Shown here one piece after another: positions 39,703 to 49,778 of a stretch of 64,000 nucleotides of DNA. Location of the stretch: positions 576,001 to 640,000 of the forward strand of contig JAEHCQ010000001.1 in NCBI GenBank assembly GCA_020696385.1. The letters run 5' to 3'. The DNA comes from Methanobacteriota archaeon. GTDB lineage: Archaea > Thermoplasmatota > Thermoplasmata > SG8-5 > JAGLSY01. The position numbers were made by a program, and so were the translations under genes. The notes under the pieces are model-generated. The model made no database searches. It was not told where the DNA came from and saw nothing but the letters and a program-made list of their open reading frames with translations. Numbering within the stretch: position 1 is the stretch's first letter; every line of letters begins with the position of its first letter.

Positions 39703-40497
39703 ATGAGATACGCATTGAAGTTCGCATATAATGGGACCGCTTTTGATGGTTATGCCAGACAGCCAGACTATACCACCATCGAGGGAGCCATCATACACAC
39801 GATGAAAAAGGAAGGCATCATGAAGGATGTTGAAGGGAACTTCTACCCGGCCAGCAGGACGGATAAAGGCGTTAGTGCTCTCGGGAATGTATTGGTGATA
39901 GAGACAGATGTGGATGAGCGAGGGATCATCCCTATGCTGAATTCCGACCTGAAAGATATCGTGTTCTATGGTATCGCCAAGGTTGATAAGGATTTCAAAC
40001 CCCGATATGCATATCAGAGATGGTACAGGTACTTCATGCTGAACAAAGGTGGATATGATGCTGATATGCTTACACGCATATCAGACGCTTTCCTGGGAGA
40101 GCATGAGTTCAAATATTTTTCAAAGACGGACAAAAAGATGGACAAGACAAAACTGACGATCGATTCAATATCCATATTTGAAGAGAATGGATTCATAATA
40201 TTCGACTTCAAGGCCAGGCGTTTCCTGTGGCAGATGATCCGGCGATTAGTGTCCGCCATGATCGGAGTGTATGATGGTAAGATCGAGCTTGAAAAGCTCA
40301 TTAGTTCGCTTAAAGGAACTAATGAGGAACTGGCCATCTACCCAGTTCCACCAGAAGGGTTAATCCTGATGGACATAGACCATAGGCTGGAATATGAGCA
40401 TGTCAAATATCCAAGAGACATGTTCGATCGGCAGATCGAGCGAGCCCTGACAAAGGCTGTTGTTTTGGGTGAGTTGAATGATGGAGCCGAGGACTGA
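39703..40497 (+). CDS. truA: tRNA pseudouridine(38-40) synthase
   Basis: YNGTAFDGYARQP, ASRTDKGVSA (catalytic Asp), FLWQMIRR, PPEGLIL. Confidence 0.93.
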   Translation: MRYALKFAYNGTAFDGYARQPDYTTIEGAIIHTMKKEGIMKDVEGNFYPASRTDKGVSALGNVLVIETDVDERGIIPMLNSDLKDIVFYGIAKVDKDFKPRYAYQRWYRYFMLNKGGYDADMLTRISDAFLGEHEFKYFSKTDKKMDKTKLTIDSISIFEENGFIIFDFKARRFLWQMIRRLVSAMIGVYDGKIELEKLISSLKGTNEELAIYPVPPEGLILMDIDHRLEYEHVKYPRDMFDRQIERALTKAVVLGELNDGAED

Positions 40498-40502
40498 TAT
40501 TC

Positions 40503-41279
40503 ATGGTCGAGATTGCTGAAGAGATAGGATGTCCAGATTGTGGCGCACCGCTCAAGATCAAAGCAGGTGAGGCGATAATCACCTGCGAATATTGTGGCTC
40601 GGATGTGAATCTGGCAGTTGGGAAGAAATATTTCCTCAAGCATTCTATAATCTCAGCGAAATTCGATAATTCCGCAATAGTCAAGGAGGTGGGGTCGTGG
40701 ATGAAGAAAGGGTTCCTGAAACCATCGGATCTTGCCCGCAAGTCGAAGATACTGAATGCGGACTTGAAGTTCCTTCCCTTCTTCATAATAAATCTTTCAG
40801 CAAAGACCTCCTACGAAGGTGTGTTGACAAGAACTGGCCAGAATATTGACAAAAAAGGTGATTTCGCAAAAACATATTATTGGAAGATCGTGGGAAGAAG
40901 AGGAACCTTCTTCCCCACTAGATCCTATCAAATACCAGCTTCTGGCAAATCGGATTTTAATCTTTCACTGCTCAGCAAGGATGGTAAATTCCTAAACTCG
41001 GAACTTGATGAAAAAGAAGCTGGAGAAATAGCGATCCAGGAGGTGAAGGAACATCACAAGTTCCTTCTATCATCGGAGGTGGATCACATAACCAGCATGA
41101 ATACTCAAATTGATATCAAGAACACGGAATTCCTTCATGCGCCAATATGGTTCATTAACTACGAATACGGTGGCAAGACCTACGAGCTCATACTGGATGG
41201 AGCCACCGGGGAAGAGATCAAGGCAGAGATACCCGCGATCGAGAAAAAGGGTATCTTTGGTAAATTATTCGGCGCATGA
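40503..41279 (+). CDS. Zinc-ribbon domain protein, function unknown
   Basis: CPDCGAPL...CEYCG at the N-terminus; PIWFINYEY...DGATGE C-terminal motif. Confidence 0.7.
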   Translation: MVEIAEEIGCPDCGAPLKIKAGEAIITCEYCGSDVNLAVGKKYFLKHSIISAKFDNSAIVKEVGSWMKKGFLKPSDLARKSKILNADLKFLPFFIINLSAKTSYEGVLTRTGQNIDKKGDFAKTYYWKIVGRRGTFFPTRSYQIPASGKSDFNLSLLSKDGKFLNSELDEKEAGEIAIQEVKEHHKFLLSSEVDHITSMNTQIDIKNTEFLHAPIWFINYEYGGKTYELILDGATGEEIKAEIPAIEKKGIFGKLFGA

Positions 41280-41338
41280 TGAATGTGAAAACAATTATAA
41301 TATAGTGAAGCGTATTGGCATAAGGAACGGGTTAACAT

Positions 41339-41530
41339 ATGGCAGAGAGACTATTACAACACAAACATTGCAGGAACTGTGGCAAGGCCATACCGGCTGA
41401 TGATACTTTTTGTAGTGACACATGCAATGTCGAGCACAGGGAGATGATGAGGAAGAAGAAGAATCAACTCCTTATCATGATGTTCATAGCTATGGCTATT
41501 ATGGTCTTCACCATGTTCTCGGGTGTATGA
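41339..41530 (+). CDS. DUF2116 family Zn-ribbon membrane protein
   Basis: HKHCRNCGKAIP...FCSDTC, then a basic stretch and a TM helix. Confidence 0.82.
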   Translation: MAERLLQHKHCRNCGKAIPADDTFCSDTCNVEHREMMRKKKNQLLIMMFIAMAIMVFTMFSGV

Positions 41531-41539
41531 GGGCTCCAA

Positions 41540-41992
41540 ATGAAAAAAGTGGCAGTGGCAGGGACCTTCAATGTCTTCCACAAGGGCCATCGAAAATTAC
41601 TGGCAAAGGCCTTTGAGATTGGAGATTATATTCACATAGGTCTAACCTCGGACGAGATGGCTGGTAGATACAGAGATGTGGCAGTCGAGCCTTTTGAGAT
41701 CAGGGAAAATAGACTGATGGAAGAAGCAATGAAGCTCTCTGGAGATAAGAGCTTCACAATTACAGAGATCAATGATCCCTTTGGGCCAGCAGCCACTTAC
41801 AATTACGATGCCATTGTTGTGTCAAAGAATACCAGGGAAATGGCTGATGCCATGAACTGGGCGAGGGAGCAGAACGGCCTGGAACCCCTGGACATAGTGG
41901 AGATCGATATCGTACTGGCGGATGATGGAAAGGCCATCGCTTCGACCAGGGTGATCACCGGAGAGATAGATCTCGATGGTGAAGTTAGATAG
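41540..41992 (+). CDS. coaD: Archaeal phosphopantetheine adenylyltransferase
   Basis: VAGTFNVFHKGH (HxGH), IGLTSDE, DPFGPA, IVVS and IASTRV motifs. Confidence 0.88.
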   Translation: MKKVAVAGTFNVFHKGHRKLLAKAFEIGDYIHIGLTSDEMAGRYRDVAVEPFEIRENRLMEEAMKLSGDKSFTITEINDPFGPAATYNYDAIVVSKNTREMADAMNWAREQNGLEPLDIVEIDIVLADDGKAIASTRVITGEIDLDGEVR

Positions 41993-42051
41993 AAATTACC
42001 CATTCTCAAAAAAATCATTAGTATTTATCGCCTGATTCCTAGAAAGATATA

Positions 42052-43641
42052 TCATTCTGGATCGGTGAAATCCAGTATCTTATGTTTTCCAGTCATCAAA
42101 TTCACACATACGACCTTGGCAGGATCCGGATGGAAATTATGTATGGCCTGGAAGGGGGTTTGCGATTGCCAGGCCGATGCACTTATCAGCTTCACACCTC
42201 GATAATTATCAACACCAGATCCATGAACATGCCCGGTCACGAATATATCCGGGACTGGATTGATTATCATGTAATCTTTATCCTCGGGAGCTATGGGAGT
42301 CTTACCACCATAACTAATGGCCATATGCCGCCTCTTGAGCATTTCCTTCATCGCGAGGATCGGCGTCTGGTATGTGAGCTGGGGGACATCCCCTATGAGA
42401 TCATCCACACTTCTTCCATGATATGAGAGCACGTTCACTCCCTCCAGTGTCATATAACATGGATTTCCGACAAAACGAATATTTAGATCGGGATTGAACT
42501 TTCCTTGTATTTCATCATCAAGAGCTGGCTGAGGCTCCGCTGGCCTCGCAGCATCGTGATTCCCTGGCTGGATGATTATCTCGATATGTGGAGGCACCTT
42601 CTCAAGCATTCTGCCAAACTCGGCATATTGTTCCATCAGATCGGTGATAGTGAGCTCGTCCTTCTGATTGGGATATACGCCGATACCATCCACCGTGTCA
42701 CCCGCGATGATCATGTATCTGATCTTGGATACATTATCTTCTTCAGCAAGCCAGGCCATAAAGCGATTCCACTCCACCTCCAGAAAATGCTTGCTGCCAA
42801 CATGCACATCGGATATGAACAGAACCTCGACATCCTCCGAAGCCCTTCTTGGAGAACGATTCACTGGTATATCGGGTTTGACTATGTCATCTGGAAATAG
42901 CATGACGCTATCATCACCCCTATACCCACCCTTGCTTTTCTTTGTCTTTCCAATTATCCCGATAACCTCATCGGCCACCAATGAGATATTATCGCATGGG
43001 CTTCCTTTCAATATCAGGGCTTCCATCTTGCCAGTTTCATCCTCGATAGATATCCTGGTATGGCCGTTCTTTGTCTGATTGATCTCATTGATCATGCCAA
43101 TTATCTTGATCTCATCCTCTAATTTCAGAGCTTTCACGATGGGAATAACAGATCGCATTCTCTGCCATTTGCGAACTATCCTGCTCAGCGTGACATATCT
43201 ATCTTTGAAGTAGCGAGCGAAATTTATAATCTTGCCCTCACAGGTGCTATTGCCAGTGATATCAGTTATTACGACCACTCCACTTTTCTTCTCCCTGATG
43301 GTCGTGGCATCTGCCTTGGAGGTGAGCTGAGCCTGATCTTTTATCACATCGGATGTCCCAGTTCCTTCTTTTTTACTGGAAGCATCGTCAATAGGTGTGG
43401 GAGACAGTGGGTCAGTACGAGTGGTATTTTCCGTTTCTTCCGATCCTTTCTGTGTATATGATAGAACGGATTCCGTGGTCCTGAAATCCTTCAAGCTGAG
43501 AACAAGAGGCAATGCTTCCCGGTCACTAAGAAAATTCTTGATGAAAGCCTTTGGATCCTTCTGTGAAAGTATGAATTCTACAGCATCTGGCTCTATGAGT
43601 GTGCCGTGATCAGTGAGTATCTCCAAAACTTCCTCTTTCAT
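42052..43641 (-). CDS. polB: DNA polymerase D small (exonuclease) subunit DP1
   Basis: ISDVHVGS, AGDTVDGIGVYPNQ, PGNHDA, YHGRS and TGHVH motifs plus an OB fold. Start probably MKEEVL (43641). Confidence 0.95.
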   Translation of the reverse strand: MKEEVLEILTDHGTLIEPDAVEFILSQKDPKAFIKNFLSDREALPLVLSLKDFRTTESVLSYTQKGSEETENTTRTDPLSPTPIDDASSKKEGTGTSDVIKDQAQLTSKADATTIREKKSGVVVITDITGNSTCEGKIINFARYFKDRYVTLSRIVRKWQRMRSVIPIVKALKLEDEIKIIGMINEINQTKNGHTRISIEDETGKMEALILKGSPCDNISLVADEVIGIIGKTKKSKGGYRGDDSVMLFPDDIVKPDIPVNRSPRRASEDVEVLFISDVHVGSKHFLEVEWNRFMAWLAEEDNVSKIRYMIIAGDTVDGIGVYPNQKDELTITDLMEQYAEFGRMLEKVPPHIEIIIQPGNHDAARPAEPQPALDDEIQGKFNPDLNIRFVGNPCYMTLEGVNVLSYHGRSVDDLIGDVPQLTYQTPILAMKEMLKRRHMAISYGGKTPIAPEDKDYMIINPVPDIFVTGHVHGSGVDNYRGVKLISASAWQSQTPFQAIHNFHPDPAKVVCVNLMTGKHKILDFTDPE

Positions 43642-43732
43642 GGATTCATAAGGTATGTTAGCGGGGGTTATAAACCTAATTATAAGGAGGAAAAAAGCCA
43701 TCTTGCCCAGTAATAATTATAATATAAAATAA

Positions 43733-43806
43733 TGGGGCCGAGGGGGAGATTTGAACTCCCGTTTGAGGCTCTGCAGGCCCCCACATAGCCGCTATGTTAC
43801 CTCGGC
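43733..43806 (-). tRNA. tRNA-Cys (GCA) with encoded CCA
   Basis: GCCGAGG/CCTCGGC acceptor, ACAT/ATGT D-stem, GGGGC-CTGCAGA-GCCTC anticodon arm, GGGAG-TTCAAAT-CTCCC T arm. Confidence 0.93.
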
Positions 43807-43952
43807 GCTACGTTGTTACTTCAATGATTCATGCGCCGAGGTCCGCCTCAGCGCTATGTTGATGTTGGTGTGTTTCCAGACATCGATGAAATGAGATTTG
43901 GTATATATAATTAAGGCAGGATATGTAATTTTTCCCTTTCGATGTGGAAAAA

Positions 43953-45149
43953 TTATCGTATCCCGATCTCCTCATCTGTCAAATAGCAAGCAGGATCGGA
44001 TCCCCAGACATCTCCCACAGCTTCAGATCTTACCCTTGATCCACCTCTGCATATCTCGAAGAACCGGCAGTTGTCCTTTGCACAACGGCCGGTTATCTTA
44101 TCGTCCTTGTTCTTCAGTCCATTCATAACTGGATCTGAGATGTCATCCCAGATCTCACCGAACTTTCTTTCCTTCACATTCCCAAAGCTGTAGTGCTGCC
44201 AGAACTGGTTCGCATGCACTCTGCCAAGATGGTCGACATCCGCTATCGTCTGGCCTGTGCCGTCGCCTCCGTTCCTCTTTAGCAGGCTGTAAGCCCATTC
44301 CGCCCTCTCAGGATCCTCATCCTTCAGTGTGAGATAAAGGTAGCCAGCATCCGCATAGTTCCCAACAAGCAGAGTCTCTATCGGATATCCATCAGCATGG
44401 TGCTTTTTTGTAAGTTCGAAATACGTGGTCATCGCCTTTCTGGTCTCTTCATGGCTCAGGTCCAATTCCTGAATCTCTTTTCCCCTTCCGGTATAATCCA
44501 GGTGGTACACGCAACATCTGCTTACCCCGATCTCCTTGAGCTTGAGGAGCACCCCCTCCAAATCGTCTTTGTTATGCTGAGTTATCGTGAATCTGAGTCC
44601 AGTCTTCTGTCCCACCTTGAGACAATTCTTCATTCCTTCGACAGCTCTATCGAAGGCCCCATCCATTCCACGGAACTTGTCATTCACATCTTTCAGTCCA
44701 TCCAGTGAAACTCCGATGTACATGATGCCAGCCTCTTTGGCTAACCTCGCCTTCTCTTCGGTGATAAGTGTTCCATTTGTGGAAATCACAGGTCGGAGGC
44801 CCAGTGATTTCGCATATCTAGCCAGCTCGAAGAGATCTTCCCTCATGAAGGGCTCGCCACCTGAGAAAAGAAGCACTGGCGCATTGTATTCAGCTACATC
44901 TTCGATGAATCTCTTTGCCTCTTCCGTGCTGAGCTCGCCCTCGGCTGTTTGAGTGGTTGCCTCGGCATAACAATGAACACACTTCAGATTGCATCGGTTC
45001 GTCATGTTCCAGACCACGATGGGTTTGTTCGATTTCACCGCTCCGTGGTGATGTTTGATCTGCTCTGGTCCGCCTTCCTTGGCATCTCCATATCTAAGCC
45101 CGTCCGACTCGCTCTCTGCTCCTAATAATAGTTTTGATACTCCGATCAT
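43953..45149 (-). CDS. ahbC: Fe-coproporphyrin III synthase, radical SAM (AhbC/NirJ1)
   Basis: MIGVSKLL...LRYG N-terminus, KPIVVWNMTNRCNLKCVHCYA, SPASM-like C-terminus. ATGA overlap with cobA-hemD. Confidence 0.88.
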   Translation of the reverse strand: MIGVSKLLLGAESESDGLRYGDAKEGGPEQIKHHHGAVKSNKPIVVWNMTNRCNLKCVHCYAEATTQTAEGELSTEEAKRFIEDVAEYNAPVLLFSGGEPFMREDLFELARYAKSLGLRPVISTNGTLITEEKARLAKEAGIMYIGVSLDGLKDVNDKFRGMDGAFDRAVEGMKNCLKVGQKTGLRFTITQHNKDDLEGVLLKLKEIGVSRCCVYHLDYTGRGKEIQELDLSHEETRKAMTTYFELTKKHHADGYPIETLLVGNYADAGYLYLTLKDEDPERAEWAYSLLKRNGGDGTGQTIADVDHLGRVHANQFWQHYSFGNVKERKFGEIWDDISDPVMNGLKNKDDKITGRCAKDNCRFFEICRGGSRVRSEAVGDVWGSDPACYLTDEEIGIR

Positions 45150-46576
45150 GGAAATCCACTCCATAGATAATTCATATACGCATTCACCATGCCCTGGATG
45201 GTGTGCTCTCTGGCCGTGATGTGGGGCATGGTCAAATACTTTGAGGTCTCGGGACCGATGGATATGATGGTCTTGCCAGCATATGCTTCGGGAGACACTT
45301 CACTGATACTTTTGGCGCAAGATGCGGACACTACGAAGAGTGCGTCAGATGAGAGCAATAAACTCTCATCCGCCGGCAATCTTTCAATATCATATACTGG
45401 CACCTCGCTATAATCATGATCCTTTGACAATCTGGAAGGCAAGTGATCTGTAGCGGCGGAGGAACGAAGAGCTAGTATCCTGGAGCCCTTCGGCATTTCG
45501 GCCATTATGTGCTCGGCCAGTCCTTCAGAATTGTATGCTTCCCCGCTGGTGGCTCGCAAACCCCATTCCTTCCCGATGTGGGAACGGGTCTTCGGTCCTA
45601 TGCTGAACATCCTGCCAGCATAGTTTGATAGATCTATTTTCTCGCCCACCTTCTTCACGCCTTCCAATGATGTGAAGACCAGGGCGTCGAATTCCGATAC
45701 CTCCGGAATTTGGAAATCCCTGGGAACTATCTCGATAAGCGGCATGGGTATTGCCTCCATGCCATAACTTTCGAAGAGCTCCAAGCTCTCCTGCATGTGG
45801 CTTTTGGCTCTCGTGAGGACGACCTTCTTTCCTCTGAGATTGGCCAGCTTCTTCTCGAACCAGCTGAGTTGATTGTGAAGTTCAGCCACCGGACCTATAA
45901 CGAATATAACCGGTGGTTGCAGGTCTATACCTTCCCCGGCCAGCTTGCCCAAAGTGGACATCACTGTCTTTTGTTTCGGGGTCGTGCCACTGTAAATCGC
46001 GGCTACTGGTGTATCTGCTGACCGACCATGATCCATAAGCCGTTTGGCTGTCATGGATATTCTGGATACGCCCATCAATACAACGAGATTATCGGGAAGG
46101 TTTTTCCATTCGATGGACGAGTCCTCTTTATCGGATTCATGACCTGTTACGAAAGCAACGGATGAATTGAAATCACGATGAGTTACTGGAACTCCAGCAT
46201 AAGCTGGCACGGATACAGCGGATGAGATTCCTGGAACCAATTCAAAGGGTATTCCAGCCTCTACACAGATCTGGGCTTCCTCGCCACCACGACCGAATAT
46301 GAGGGGATCACCGCCCTTCAAACGGACCACGAACTTATCGCGACCATGCTCGACAATGGCATCATTTATCTGCTGCTGGATGGTTTGTGAATGGGCGGAA
46401 TCCTTCTCCCTCTTGCCCATGTATATCATCTCGCAATCAACAGGAGCCCAATCCAATATCTGGGGATTGGCCAGTTTATCGTAGATTATCACCTGCGCTC
46501 GCTGGACCAGTTCCTTCGCTTTGAGTGTGACGAGTCCGATATCTCCAGGGCCTGCACCCACGATGTAAACAACCAT
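45146..46576 (-). CDS. cobA: Uroporphyrinogen-III C-methyltransferase / uroporphyrinogen-III synthase fusion (CobA-HemD)
   Basis: VGAGPGD, VRLKGGDPLIFGRGGEE, GVPVTHR; C-terminal HemD (VLTRA, VFTS, IGPKT, PVY). Confidence 0.93.
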   Translation of the reverse strand: MVVYIVGAGPGDIGLVTLKAKELVQRAQVIIYDKLANPQILDWAPVDCEMIYMGKREKDSAHSQTIQQQINDAIVEHGRDKFVVRLKGGDPLIFGRGGEEAQICVEAGIPFELVPGISSAVSVPAYAGVPVTHRDFNSSVAFVTGHESDKEDSSIEWKNLPDNLVVLMGVSRISMTAKRLMDHGRSADTPVAAIYSGTTPKQKTVMSTLGKLAGEGIDLQPPVIFVIGPVAELHNQLSWFEKKLANLRGKKVVLTRAKSHMQESLELFESYGMEAIPMPLIEIVPRDFQIPEVSEFDALVFTSLEGVKKVGEKIDLSNYAGRMFSIGPKTRSHIGKEWGLRATSGEAYNSEGLAEHIMAEMPKGSRILALRSSAATDHLPSRLSKDHDYSEVPVYDIERLPADESLLLSSDALFVVSASCAKSISEVSPEAYAGKTIISIGPETSKYLTMPHITAREHTIQGMVNAYMNYLWSGFP

Positions 46577-47491
46577 TCAGCTTCCTCCTTTTCTGAGTTC
46601 TTCCAACAAGACGTCGCCACCGGATCTCAGAAGATTTTCCGCGAGGCCAGTCGCTAATTCAATGCCGTCCGAGAGCTTTCCGATTCTTGTCTCGGAAAGG
46701 TATCGCTTCCCATCAGCGGATGAAATAAAGCCTTTTATTTCGACCAATTTTCCATCTGAATCAATTTCCGTATGAATGCCCGCTGGTACCTGACATCCAC
46801 CATCCAGTGCTGTCAGGAAACTTCGCTCGATATCGCATGCCATTCTTGTAGGGGCGTGCTCGAGCTTTTTCAATAATTCTAAAACCTCGGTATCATCCGC
46901 TCTGGCCGTGATGCCCAGAGCGCCCTGCCCCGGGGCTGGTATGAAGGTATCGCTGTCCAGTGACTTGTATTCTTCTGCTGAATATCCCATCCTTCTCAAG
47001 CCAGCTTCGGCCACGATTATGGCATCGTATTGACCTTCGGCCTGCTTGCGCATACGAGTGTCAATATTGCCTCTGAGATCGAGCATCTGGAGATCTGGTC
47101 TCAAGTGCCTGGCCAAAGCCTGTCTGCGTAAGCTGGATGTTCCGATATTCGCATTGAGTGGAAGATCCTCAATGCTTCCGGCTCCCACAATCGCATCATT
47201 GGATGGTTCGCGAATTGGTACCGCGGCAATGATCATACCTTCTGGCAGGTCTGTTGGGATATCCTTGTAAGAATGTACTGCCAGATCTATTTCTCCGGCC
47301 AGCAGGGCGTCATCAATCTCCTTTGTGAAGAAAGCCTTGCCTTCCAGCTTGGCCAGTGCCACGTCCTGGATATTGTCCCCTCGGGTCTTGATGACCTTGA
47401 TGGGGATATCTATACCCAAATCTCTGATAATACCCTCGGTCTGGGTGAGTGCGAGTTTCGACCCGCGGCTTCCGGCAATTAATTGTCTCAT
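46577..47491 (-). CDS. hemC: Hydroxymethylbilane synthase (porphobilinogen deaminase)
   Basis: GSRGSKLALTQ, FTKEID, GTSSLRR, LRGNIDTR, GGCQVP. Confidence 0.96.
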   Translation of the reverse strand: MRQLIAGSRGSKLALTQTEGIIRDLGIDIPIKVIKTRGDNIQDVALAKLEGKAFFTKEIDDALLAGEIDLAVHSYKDIPTDLPEGMIIAAVPIREPSNDAIVGAGSIEDLPLNANIGTSSLRRQALARHLRPDLQMLDLRGNIDTRMRKQAEGQYDAIIVAEAGLRRMGYSAEEYKSLDSDTFIPAPGQGALGITARADDTEVLELLKKLEHAPTRMACDIERSFLTALDGGCQVPAGIHTEIDSDGKLVEIKGFISSADGKRYLSETRIGKLSDGIELATGLAENLLRSGGDVLLEELRKGGS

Positions 47492-47502
47492 TTGATTCTC
47501 CT

Positions 47503-48774
47503 TTACACATGTGTATGCTTCAAGGCTGTTTCGAAAGCCTCCAGAGAGGTGTCGATTATCTGCTGGTCATGCGCGATTGATGTGAAACAGCATTCGAACT
47601 GCGATGGTGGCAGGAATACTCCCAATTCTCTCAGCTTGGCGCAGTAGTCCAGGAATTTCTTGTCATCCGATAGTTTTGCCTCGTCCAAATTGGTGACTGG
47701 CTTGTCATTGAAGAAGACCTGGAACATGGGGCCGATTCCCTGCACTTGGTAATTGAGGCCGATATCCTCCAAGATAGATTTCAGACCATTTTGTACCTTA
47801 TTGCCAGCGTCTGCGATCTTGCTGAGAGCATCCGTGTTCTTGATGGTCTTCAGTGTCGCTATGCCTGCGGCTATCGATACCGGGTGGCCATTGAAGGTCC
47901 CGGCATTGTAGACTTGACCTGATGGAGTGATATTATCCATTATCTCATGCCTGGCTCCCATCATGCCCATGTGGAAGCCTCCGCTGATGATCTTACCCAT
48001 TGTGACGATATCCGCATCCACGCCGAAGTATTCCTGAGCTCCGCCCTGTCCCAGCCTGAAGCCGGTTATGACCTCATCCAGTATCAAAAGTGAATCGTGC
48101 TCCGCCAGTATCTTTTTGGCATCAGGCAGATAATTATCCTTTGGAAGTATGCAGCCAGCATTTCCAATAGCTGGCTCGGTGATCATGGCCGCTATTTCGC
48201 CTTCATTTTCCTTGAGGGCGGTCTCGATGGCATCCAGGTCATTGTATGGAATTAGAATTGTATTCTTTGTCACATCCTTTGGAATACCTTTTGAATTGGG
48301 CACGCTGTGCGTCAGTGCTCCTGAGCCAGCTTTGACGAGCACAGCGTCATGTGCTCCATGAAATGCGCCTTCGATCTTGATTATCTTGTCGCGACCAGTG
48401 AATCCCCTGGCAAGACGAATAGCCGTCATCGTGGCTTCCGTGCCTGTGTTCATGCATCTTATCTTGTCCACATTGGGAACTGTAGATGTGATCAACTTGG
48501 CATATTCCAGTTCTGCCTCGGTTGGTGTGCCGAAGCACCAACCGAGGGCCAGTCTTTCCTCCACTGCCTTTCTGATAATAGGGTTATTGTGACCCAGTAT
48601 CATCGGCCCGAAGGCCAGGCAGTAGTCGATGTATGACTTTCCTTCTGCATCGTATAGTCTGGCTCCCTCGCTCCTTTCCACGAAGAAAGGATACGGGGAT
48701 ATGGCTCTGACCGGGCTGTTCACGCCGCCGACCAGTACTTCTTTTGAAGCTTCGAACAATTCCTGATTTTTCAT
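47503..48774 (-). CDS. hemL: Glutamate-1-semialdehyde 2,1-aminomutase
   Basis: GGVNSPVRA, GTEATM, DEVITGFR, MGKIISGG, AGTFNGHP. Confidence 0.96.
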   Translation of the reverse strand: MKNQELFEASKEVLVGGVNSPVRAISPYPFFVERSEGARLYDAEGKSYIDYCLAFGPMILGHNNPIIRKAVEERLALGWCFGTPTEAELEYAKLITSTVPNVDKIRCMNTGTEATMTAIRLARGFTGRDKIIKIEGAFHGAHDAVLVKAGSGALTHSVPNSKGIPKDVTKNTILIPYNDLDAIETALKENEGEIAAMITEPAIGNAGCILPKDNYLPDAKKILAEHDSLLILDEVITGFRLGQGGAQEYFGVDADIVTMGKIISGGFHMGMMGARHEIMDNITPSGQVYNAGTFNGHPVSIAAGIATLKTIKNTDALSKIADAGNKVQNGLKSILEDIGLNYQVQGIGPMFQVFFNDKPVTNLDEAKLSDDKKFLDYCAKLRELGVFLPPSQFECCFTSIAHDQQIIDTSLEAFETALKHTHV

Positions 48775-49778
48775 ATTATCACCTTTTTACCTCTACGGTC
48801 AATCACCTTTGCGGCTTCCTTTGCAAAGTAAGTCAATATCATAGTTGCCCCGGCTCGCCTTATTGCCAGCAGGGATTCCATCATGGCTGCCTCTTTATCC
48901 AGCCAGCCATTTTCTGCGGCCGCGATTATCATCGAGTATTCCCCGGATACTTGATAAGCGGCCAGTGGTGAATCAAAGGCATCGGTGATGCCTTTGATCA
49001 CGTCAAGGTATGGCAAAGCTGGCTTTACCATCACTATGTCAGCCCCTTCCAGAATATCAAGCTCAACTTCTCTGAAGGCCTGGCTCAAGTTAGATGGATC
49101 CATCTGGTGAGATTTTCTATCCTTTGGCCCTTCTGCAAAGCCAGATTCTGCCGCTTCCCTAAAAGGCCCATAGAATGAAGAAGCATATTTCACCGCATAT
49201 GCCATTATTATCGTGTCCTTGTGGCCGTCATCATCCAGTGCCTGTCGGATATGCGCAACTCGTCCATCCATCATATCAGACGGAGCAATGATATCAGCTC
49301 CGGCTCTCGCATATTCCAAGGAAGCCTTTGAGTAAAGATCCAGTGCCTCGTCATTGAGTATCTTATCGCCCTCAATGGGGGCGCAATGGCCATGATCCGT
49401 GTACTCGCAAAGACACACATCGCAAGCCACCAGGAGACTATCACCCAGCTCTTTCTTGATAGCCCTGACAGCCCGAGGGATTATTCCCTCCGGATTGTAA
49501 GCTTCCGAACCATGGTGGTCTTTTTTGCTTGGAATGCCAAAAAGTATTATCGCGGGTATACCGAGGTCGCGAACTTCCCTGGCTTCTTTCACCAGGGAGC
49601 TTATCGAATGTTGGAAAACACCTGGCATGGCACTTATGGGATTCTTCTCACCATCTGCCAGGTCTTCTTTCACGAATAATGGAAGTATGAGATTGGATGG
49701 TTTTAATTCAAATTCAGCCACCATATTCCGCATTAGATGGTGGTTCCTCAGTCTTCTCATCCTCACATTGGGAAACAT
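48771..49778 (-). CDS. hemB: Porphobilinogen synthase
   Basis: RMRRLR, DVCLCEYTDHGHC, PSDMMDGR, MVKPALPYLD, AYQVSGEY. Confidence 0.97.
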   Translation of the reverse strand: MFPNVRMRRLRNHHLMRNMVAEFELKPSNLILPLFVKEDLADGEKNPISAMPGVFQHSISSLVKEAREVRDLGIPAIILFGIPSKKDHHGSEAYNPEGIIPRAVRAIKKELGDSLLVACDVCLCEYTDHGHCAPIEGDKILNDEALDLYSKASLEYARAGADIIAPSDMMDGRVAHIRQALDDDGHKDTIIMAYAVKYASSFYGPFREAAESGFAEGPKDRKSHQMDPSNLSQAFREVELDILEGADIVMVKPALPYLDVIKGITDAFDSPLAAYQVSGEYSMIIAAAENGWLDKEAAMMESLLAIRRAGATMILTYFAKEAAKVIDRRGKKVII

